Source of the DNA: a virus
Taxonomy: Duplodnaviria > Caudoviricetes
Direction: 5' to 3' (one strand)
Virus record (IMG/VR): IMGVR_UViG_3300025723_000146
Span: 1-26,664 of that record
DNA length: 26,664 nt
Part shown: piece by piece, positions 8,366-13,919 of the stretch
How positions within the stretch are numbered: position 1 is the first letter of the stretch
Layout of the letters: every line of letters begins with the position of its first letter
Made by a program: the position numbers and the translations under genes
Notes under the pieces: model-generated
Databases searched by the model: none
What the model was told of the DNA's origin: nothing
The model's input: the letters and a program-made list of their open reading frames with translations, nothing else

Positions 8366-10166
8366 TGATAATTTTCCTTTCTATTAACTCAATTAACTTG
8401 CTTGGAATATCCGCTGGATTATCAACAACACTGTTGGCTGTGTAATAACTCTCTACAGAATTACTACAAAGACCCAAACCATAGATGTCAACAACCTTGG
8501 ATCGTTCTATTTCTTTAATAACTTTGTCTGTGAATTGTCCTAACCCACTTGAAGATTTGCTTGCAGCAGGGCTACCATCAGACATCACTATCATTACTCT
8601 CTTTCTTTCTTTTCTTTTGATAAGCCTATCGTGCGCCCACAAGATGTTTTCGCCATCAGGATTACCTGACATATACCTAGAACTACGACCAAAGTACTCT
8701 TTTAAATGATCATCTGATACTTTAAAGTCTTGGAAAGACTTGTAAATGATCATTGCTGGTTGATGATCACCATGTTTGTCTCTACAGTCTGTAAAACCAA
8801 GAATCTCAACTGGGATATTTAAAGTAGAACAGACTTCATTGACTAGCAATGTAGATGCCAAAGCATATTGAACTTTTTCACCTGACATTGAACCAGACAT
8901 ATCAACCAAGACTGTGATTGCTGCATCAAGAACTTTGTTCTCAATTTTGTTCTTAAAAATACGTTCACTAAAACCAGGTGCTTTGAAACAAATGCGAGAT
9001 AACCTAGATTGATCTAATTTACCTTTCTTTACACCATACTGTCTTTGCACTTTGGCTTTAATTTGAATAAGTCTACGAACTTGTTGAGCAAAATTCTCTT
9101 GAGACACAAGTTTTGGTGTTATGTTTGCCTCAAACTCTCTTACAAAAGACGCAAAACTACTCTCTAAAAACCATTCGGGACCTGTTTTCCTAGGATAGTC
9201 CACAATGATGAACTTTTCGTAGTCAGTTAGGTCCCAACCTCCTGTTGTTTTGATTGGCTCAAAATTAATACCAACTTTACCCATTTCATTGCCTTCTTCT
9301 GGCATTGTTAATGAGTATTTGGCTAAATCTTCTTCAGTTAAAACCAAATTAATGATCTTGTACTCATCTTCTTCAGGTTTTTCTCTTGAAAGCTTTTTAT
9401 CTTCTTCTTTGCTGCTAGATTTACTTGATTCAACAGGTAGTTTGCTCTCAACTTCAGTGACTATTCCAGATTTAGCATCCAGTTTATCTGTAGCTTCTGC
9501 ATCTTCTGTCTTGACTTTGATTTTCTTGATGGCTACTTTCTCACCTAGTTTTTCAAGAATCTCTTGAGCCAAGTCAAATGTTGCAGTAGTACCTAGTCGT
9601 TTATCCAATATTGAATGACAAGATACAAGACGATCAGAAAAGTTATTAAGAACATCCAGAATCCTAGCGTCTGGAGATGCTTTAGCGGTCACCAGTTGAA
9701 TTTTAGGGAAATTTGAAGCAGAAATACCTGCTTCCCAACAAATCAATGCTGTAGTGAGTTTTGAGATGGTTGAGACATCTTTTTTTGATCTGTTGACAAT
9801 CTTATCAACCAAACCTGACGTACATTCATCCCAATTCTCTTTAAAACCTAGATATTCCCGAGCTTCAATGTTATTAATCCTGGAATCTTCCATGAAGTTC
9901 CACATAAATAGCAAGATACCCTTGGGATCAATGGCTTTTTCTTTTAGAACTTCAAAAGAACTGAAACGATCATGGGCAACCTCGTGGTCAACCGATGTCA
10001 TCAGTTCTTTAAGCTCCAAATCAGTAGTTTTGTATGTGATTCTTGGCAAATAGATGGTTTTACCATCATGCCTAGGCTGATTTACATCTTCAAAGACAAT
10101 GGAAATACCAGCCCTACCAGCACTGGCTCTCACATACTTCATTACCTCAATGCCTTTTGTAAGCAT
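8355..10166 (-). CDS. CobT-like VWA-domain protein with N-terminal HExxH motif
   Basis: C-terminal MIDAS LVDMSGSM...SDGSP preceded by GKLD; N-terminal HEVAH plus NFMED; charged low-complexity linker; adjacent to MoxR ATPase. Confidence 0.85.
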   Translation of the reverse strand: MLTKGIEVMKYVRASAGRAGISIVFEDVNQPRHDGKTIYLPRITYKTTDLELKELMTSVDHEVAHDRFSSFEVLKEKAIDPKGILLFMWNFMEDSRINNIEAREYLGFKENWDECTSGLVDKIVNRSKKDVSTISKLTTALICWEAGISASNFPKIQLVTAKASPDARILDVLNNFSDRLVSCHSILDKRLGTTATFDLAQEILEKLGEKVAIKKIKVKTEDAEATDKLDAKSGIVTEVESKLPVESSKSSSKEEDKKLSREKPEEDEYKIINLVLTEEDLAKYSLTMPEEGNEMGKVGINFEPIKTTGGWDLTDYEKFIIVDYPRKTGPEWFLESSFASFVREFEANITPKLVSQENFAQQVRRLIQIKAKVQRQYGVKKGKLDQSRLSRICFKAPGFSERIFKNKIENKVLDAAITVLVDMSGSMSGEKVQYALASTLLVNEVCSTLNIPVEILGFTDCRDKHGDHQPAMIIYKSFQDFKVSDDHLKEYFGRSSRYMSGNPDGENILWAHDRLIKRKERKRVMIVMSDGSPAASKSSSGLGQFTDKVIKEIERSKVVDIYGLGLCSNSVESYYTANSVVDNPADIPSKLIELIERKIINVH

Positions 10167-10613
10167 TTAAACTACACCCTCCAAAAATGTTATGACTAAC
10201 TTATAGACTTTTTTAGCATCCAGTTCTTCAGGAACATTGGATAGCAAGCTACAAACCTTTGTTGCATATGCCTCGTTGGTTAAAGGCTCTTTAACATCAG
10301 TTTTTAAAGCTTTAATTTTGTTTTGTAGATGAGTTTTGCCATAAAAACCACCATTGTCATCAACAAGACCAATACCCATCTTCAATGCACCTTGAATAAC
10401 AGACTTTGCTGACCTCCAAGGACCAGGCATAGAGCTGACTTCAAAGTCTTTTTTGATCTGTTTTTCAGTCTCCCGTAGCTCTTTGGTAAAAGTTTCACCA
10501 GAACTATGGGTAAAAGCTACTTGGATCATCTTCTCAAAGGTACTTGTAGCTGATGATTCGGAGACTAAGCTCTCCGTTGCAGCAGCATACAAAGTGGATG
10601 TTTCAGTATCCAT
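10167..10613 (-). CDS. Hypothetical protein (148 aa)
   Basis: ORF track; GAGGAG SD; stop directly abuts the VWA gene start. Confidence 0.75.
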   Translation of the reverse strand: MDTETSTLYAAATESLVSESSATSTFEKMIQVAFTHSSGETFTKELRETEKQIKKDFEVSSMPGPWRSAKSVIQGALKMGIGLVDDNGGFYGKTHLQNKIKALKTDVKEPLTNEAYATKVCSLLSNVPEELDAKKVYKLVITFLEGVV

Positions 10614-10643
10614 ATATGTTTCTCCTCAAGGCAACATCGCCTC

Positions 10644-10673
10644 TATATTCCACTGTACGAACAATGGAATATA
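10644..10673. other. Intergenic imperfect hairpin
   Basis: TATATTCCA-c-TGT-acga-ACA-a-TGGAATATA; weak pairing may extend to 10627-10685. Confidence 0.6.
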
Positions 10674-10686
10674 AAGAAATGCTTGA

Positions 10687-10860
10687 TTAAAGTAAGAAAT
10701 CGTCCTGCTCTCCATCGTAAAACCAGTTCAAATAGGTATAAATACCTGATTTGAAGCACTTGTCAAAAGGGTTTGACTCTTCAAAAAGAGCTTCTTCAAT
10801 AGTGAGTTTTGGTACGTTCTCACTGTCTTCCCAATCCATCTCATCAACTAAATCAATCAT
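10687..10860 (-). CDS. Small, highly acidic protein (57 aa)
   Basis: AGGAG SD; MIDLVDEMDWEDSENVPKLTIEEALFEESNPFDKCFKSGIYTYLNWFYDGEQDDFLL (16 D/E, 3 K); below the ORF-track cutoff. Confidence 0.7.
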   Translation of the reverse strand: MIDLVDEMDWEDSENVPKLTIEEALFEESNPFDKCFKSGIYTYLNWFYDGEQDDFLL

Positions 10861-10888
10861 TTGAATCTCCTAAAGTTAAAGATATTGA

Positions 10889-10934
10889 GGGCGTAGCCAA
10901 GCCGCCCTCGCCCAGAGGGGCGGTTGGCAAGCCC
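10889..10934. promoter_or_regulatory. GC-rich long hairpin upstream of an early gene (copy 2)
   Basis: GGGC/GCCC, GCCAA/TTGGC and CCGCCCTC/GAGGGGCGG arms around loop GCCCA. Confidence 0.6.
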
Positions 10935-11014
10935 GATTGTGATGTGAGTGACGAGCCTTGCAAGCAAATGCCAGCTACGCTGGCGTGAAGCTTGCCGTGA
11001 GGCACGTTAGAATG

Positions 11015-11049
11015 TAATGACTTAGTTCCTATTATGGAACTAGTCATTA
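11015..11049. other. Inverted repeat / hairpin
   Basis: TAATGAC-t-TAGTTCC-tattat-GGAACTA-GTCATTA. Confidence 0.65.
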
Positions 11050-11069
11050 AACTAATGATGTAATTTTTG

Positions 11070-11085
11070 TGTTTCACGTGGAACA
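11070..11085. promoter_or_regulatory. parS: Canonical chromosomal parS site (ParB/Spo0J binding)
   Basis: TGTTTCACGTGGAACA (reverse complement TGTTCCACGTGAAACA), matching the universal consensus TGTTNCACGTGAAACA at all positions. Confidence 0.8.
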
Positions 11086-11169
11086 CCAGACGATTAACAT
11101 TGCAGCTAAAGCTGTACCAATAGATACTGCCAAGCAGATATCTAAGATTTCATCAATATTGTTCTTCAT
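11074..11169 (-). CDS. Small membrane peptide (31 aa)
   Basis: GGAG SD; MKNNIDEILDICLAVSIGTALAAMLIVWCST; its TGA stop lies inside the parS site. Confidence 0.55.
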   Translation of the reverse strand: MKNNIDEILDICLAVSIGTALAAMLIVWCST

Positions 11170-11329
11170 TTATTTCTCCAATAGTTTTGTAACCTAACAA
11201 GTGCATAGCTTCTAAGATGCAACAATGAGCCAAGTCATTCATACCGAGTTGCATCTTGCGTTCACCTTCTTGCAATAGTTGTACTGCTCGATAGTAATCA
11301 GCGCATTCTTTAGTGTTTTCTACTTCCAT
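11153..11329 (-). CDS. Small hypothetical protein (58 aa)
   Basis: Start moved to ATG 11329 behind AAGGAG; MEVENTKECADYY... Confidence 0.65.
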   Translation of the reverse strand: MEVENTKECADYYRAVQLLQEGERKMQLGMNDLAHCCILEAMHLLGYKTIGEINEEQY

Positions 11330-11339
11330 GATATTCTCC

Positions 11340-11627
11340 TTAATAAATAGTTGGTTTGGTGTCCCACTTGTCGTAGACAACCCTGGTACTGATGAAATTG
11401 TTATTAGGAACATCTACAAGATCATCCAGTGAGCTTATGAACTCTTTCCATTGAGCATCGTCTATAACGTCATAGCCAAGTCTACGAACATACTCGATAG
11501 CCATAGATGTTTGTCTATAGTTGATCTGGATAATTCTGCATCCATGTTTCCATTCAATGTCTGATATGCCATAGTCAGCTCTACGAACTACAGCATTACC
11601 ATCTAGGTGTATAGCGTGATGTTCCAT
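11340..11627 (-). CDS. Hypothetical protein (95 aa)
   Basis: ORF track; start 1 nt after the upstream stop. Confidence 0.65.
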   Translation of the reverse strand: MEHHAIHLDGNAVVRRADYGISDIEWKHGCRIIQINYRQTSMAIEYVRRLGYDVIDDAQWKEFISSLDDLVDVPNNNFISTRVVYDKWDTKPTIY

Positions 11628-11628
11628 G

Positions 11629-11769
11629 TTATTGATCTACGTAAGCAAATAAAGGAATAGCTACTAGTGAACCAATAGCTGCATAAAGAAATGCTACATC
11701 GTGAGTACCAAGTAGGTAACCGACAAAAAGTAGCGGTGATTTAATAATGTAGAAGTGCCAGAATTTCAT
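11629..11769 (-). CDS. Small membrane protein (46 aa)
   Basis: GGAG SD; MKFWHFYIIKSPLLFVGYLLGTHDVAFLYAAIGSLVAIPLFAYVDQ. Confidence 0.6.
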   Translation of the reverse strand: MKFWHFYIIKSPLLFVGYLLGTHDVAFLYAAIGSLVAIPLFAYVDQ

Positions 11770-11792
11770 AAGTATCTCCAGTAGTAGAACAT

Positions 11793-11825
11793 AAAAAAAG
11801 GTAGTATGAACTAGTCATACTACCT
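11793..11825 (-). terminator. Rho-independent terminator after the first early gene
   Basis: Minus strand AGGTAGTATGA-CTAGT-TCATACTACCT followed by a T-run. Confidence 0.85.
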
Positions 11826-11831
11826 ATTTGA

Positions 11832-12050
11832 TTAAGCACGAGCTAGTGCATCGGCTTTGAGCTGAACACGCAACGCTTTGAGTGCATTGAGCGCATCACG
11901 AACTTCTACTTGACGAGGATTGTCGTAGTTCTCCATAGTCCAAAGTGCATTGGAGAGGAGCTGCTGCGCTAAGAAAATTTGTAAGCCCGCAGGTTTACGT
12001 TCTGTGAGTTCATTGAAACCATTGAAATCGAAAGTATTTTGCTGTGACAT
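11832..12050 (-). CDS. First leftward (early) hypothetical protein (72 aa)
   Basis: Start moved to ATG 12050 behind AAGGAG; MSQQNTFDFNG...DALARA; appears helical. Confidence 0.75.
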   Translation of the reverse strand: MSQQNTFDFNGFNELTERKPAGLQIFLAQQLLSNALWTMENYDNPRQVEVRDALNALKALRVQLKADALARA

Positions 12051-12062
12051 AACTAACTCCTT

Positions 12063-12136
12063 GTTTTGTTGATAAAGCGAGGGGATTTTCATCCCTCTCG
12101 CCCAAGAGAGGGTGAAAATTTCCGAGCCAACAAAAC
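12063..12136. promoter_or_regulatory. 74-nt imperfect hairpin abutting the SD of the first early gene (copy 1)
   Basis: GTTTTGTTG/CAACAAAAC, GGGGATTTTCA/TGAAAATTTCC and CCCTCTC/GAGAGGG arms around loop GCCCAA. Confidence 0.7.
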
Positions 12137-12477
12137 CGAGCTGAAGCGACCCCACAACCAAACCCGCACCGAACTGTTGCATGGCCCATGACACAAAGCC
12201 GAAGGCGACTGGCGTGGGTTATGCCTACCAACCAAGCACCCACACTACAAGATGGGAGCGTAGGCGAAGTAGGTGTTAGTTGTGACGCAGCTACGAGAAA
12301 TACTTTCTCAAGGGTTGAGAGTAACGGAAGATGTAGACCGAGGACTGGAGGGTTTTATTGGGGCAGTAGCGGGAATGGTATTAGGTTGAAGAGATATGGC
12401 TTTAGAGATAGGATTAAAGCTGTTTAAATGGCATCAGACACCGAACAGGTTAGTATGGAAGGGCAGCTAAATAATGT

Positions 12478-12486
12478 TGTGGATAA
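12478..12486 (-). promoter_or_regulatory. Perfect DnaA box
   Basis: TGTGGATAA is the reverse complement of TTATCCACA; lies in non-coding DNA. Confidence 0.5.
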
Positions 12487-12492
12487 GTGGGC

Positions 12493-12505
12493 TAAGTTAT
12501 TGATA
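12493..12505 (-). promoter_or_regulatory. IHF consensus site
   Basis: Minus strand TATCAATAACTTA fits WATCAANNNNTTR; 6 bp from the DnaA box. Confidence 0.45.
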
Positions 12506-12527
12506 CATAAGTAACACTCTACAATAC

Positions 12528-12547
12528 AAGTTAGTGAGTACTAACTT
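12528..12547. repeat. Perfect 8-bp inverted repeat, operator-like
   Basis: AAGTTAGT-gagt-ACTAACTT. Confidence 0.65.
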
Positions 12548-12554
12548 AATACTA

Positions 12555-12572
12555 TAGTAGTAGTAATAGTAG
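12555..12572 (+). repeat. TAG trinucleotide run (DnaA-trio-like)
   Basis: TAG TAG TAG TAA TAG TAG. Confidence 0.55.
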
Positions 12573-12858
12573 TGTTAGTTTGTATTTGTAGCTAATATTG
12601 CTATGTTATAGGTAGGTAGGGGGGAAATTATTTTAGTGTTAATAGGGGTTTATCACCTTTTATAACACCGCTGCATACTTTTAAACAAGAGGGGGTTGTT
12701 AAGACTATGTACACCCGTAGGGCTATTGTCTTTCTATTGGTGCTCGTATCTACGATACTCGCACATATATGTTCTTAATAACATCTGTATCAAACCTGCT
12801 ATATGTACTCTATCTGACCAGAAAAAAGAAAACAGTAAAAGAAAAAAGAACTGCTCGC

Positions 12859-12888
12859 AGTATCTCTCAAATCAAAATAAGCTGTCAA
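12859..12888 (-). promoter_or_regulatory. Putative leftward sigma70-type promoter
   Basis: TTGACA-18 bp-GATACT on the minus strand. Confidence 0.5.
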
Positions 12889-12917
12889 GTCCACAAAAGT
12901 ATTCATTTACAAGTAAT

Positions 12918-12946
12918 TTGCAAAATATATTTTCTAGAAGTATGAT
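12918..12946 (+). promoter_or_regulatory. Putative rightward sigma70-type promoter
   Basis: TTGCAA-17 bp-TATGAT, followed by AGGAGG SD and ATG 12976. Confidence 0.6.
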
Positions 12947-12975
12947 ACAGTCTAAACCAGTAGGAGGAAAGTATT

Positions 12976-13215
12976 ATGGCAGGAGCTTGGCAACGTAAAG
13001 AAGGTAAATCCCCTTCAGGTGGACTTAATGCTAAAGGCAGAGCTTCTGCCAAAAAAGAAGGTCATAACCTTAAACCTCCACAACCTGAAGGTGGTTCTCG
13101 TAAGGATTCATTCTGTGCTCGTATGGGTGGAATGAAGAAGAAGTTGACAGGTACAGCCAAGGCTAAAGACCCTGATTCAAGAATTAATAAAGCTCTTAAG
13201 AAATGGAAGTGTTAA
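12976..13215 (+). CDS. Small basic phage protein (79 aa)
   Basis: AGGAGG SD; K/G-rich AWQRKEGK...GGLNAKGRAS...SFCARM...LKKWKC, a pattern I recognise from uncultured phages; function unknown. Confidence 0.8.
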   Translation: MAGAWQRKEGKSPSGGLNAKGRASAKKEGHNLKPPQPEGGSRKDSFCARMGGMKKKLTGTAKAKDPDSRINKALKKWKC

Positions 13216-13380
13216 ATGCCTATATCTACAGGGACTAACCCCAAGGGTCTTTATGCCAATATCCATGCAAAGAAGAAAAGGATAGCCAAGGGTTCTGGAG
13301 AGAAGATGCGTACACCAGGTGCTAAAGGTGCTCCTACTGCTAAGGCTTTTAAAGAGTCAGCCAAGACTGCTAAAAAATGA
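13216..13380 (+). CDS. Small basic phage protein (54 aa)
   Basis: MPISTGTNPKGLYANIHAKKKRIAKGSGEKMRTPGAKGAPTAKAFKESAKTAKK; starts right after the previous stop; ATGA overlap with the next gene. Confidence 0.75.
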   Translation: MPISTGTNPKGLYANIHAKKKRIAKGSGEKMRTPGAKGAPTAKAFKESAKTAKK

Positions 13381-13919
13381 AAAGAAAACTATCCAATGAT
13401 CGTAGGTACAAAAGATCAGTCTGGACACAAAACCAGAAGCTAGAGGCTGTTAGTACCTATCTTATGCTAGGCAATATGGCAGAGACTGCTGTAGTTACGG
13501 GTATACCCTTACAGACTCTTAAGATGTGGAAGACTGCTGATTGGTTTAAAGATTACTCTTTACAGCTTCAAACTGAAGATGTTCAACAGATGGACTCTAA
13601 CCTCAAGAGAGTTATCCAAAAGGCTCTAAAGGCTACTGAAGAACGTATTGACTTGGGTGATGCTCAGTTTGATCAAAAGACTGGGGAAATTATTCGTATT
13701 CCAATTAAAGCTCATGTAGCTTTAAAGATCACTACAGAATTGTTGACTAAGCAACAAAAGCTCAATGAGAACCCCGTTAAGGAAGAAGTTGAGAAAACCA
13801 TTGATAGCAGGTTACTTAAGCTCTCAGAAGAGTTTGCTAGGTTTGCTAATGCTAGGGCTAACACCATAGAAATAGAAGCTGTAGATGTCACTCCCAACAC
13901 CACCAGTATCGAAGCTTAA
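13377..13919 (+). CDS. terS: Probable terminase small subunit
   Basis: N-terminal HTH-like segment (MAETAVVTGIPLQTLKMWK); directly upstream of TerL. Confidence 0.65.
   Translation: MKRKLSNDRRYKRSVWTQNQKLEAVSTYLMLGNMAETAVVTGIPLQTLKMWKTADWFKDYSLQLQTEDVQQMDSNLKRVIQKALKATEERIDLGDAQFDQKTGEIIRIPIKAHVALKITTELLTKQQKLNENPVKEEVEKTIDSRLLKLSEEFARFANARANTIEIEAVDVTPNTTSIEA

Noticed and set aside
7265-10166. Cobalamin biosynthesis (cobaltochelatase) as an auxiliary metabolic function
   Set aside because: No CobN or other cob genes in the window; generic MoxR/VWA architecture explains the similarity.
3046-10674. Many short plus-strand or alternative-frame ORFs within the replication arm
   Set aside because: Shadow ORFs of well-supported genes.
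10853-11086. ORF-track 77-aa protein beginning MFHVKH
   Set aside because: The N terminus is simply the translation of the parS palindrome; there is no SD and it runs through hairpin-rich non-coding DNA.
12010-12998. ORF-track entries 12010-12243, 12188-12427, 12696-12998 and the N-terminal extension of 11832-12194
   Set aside because: No convincing SD, atypical composition, and they overlap structured or regulatory DNA.
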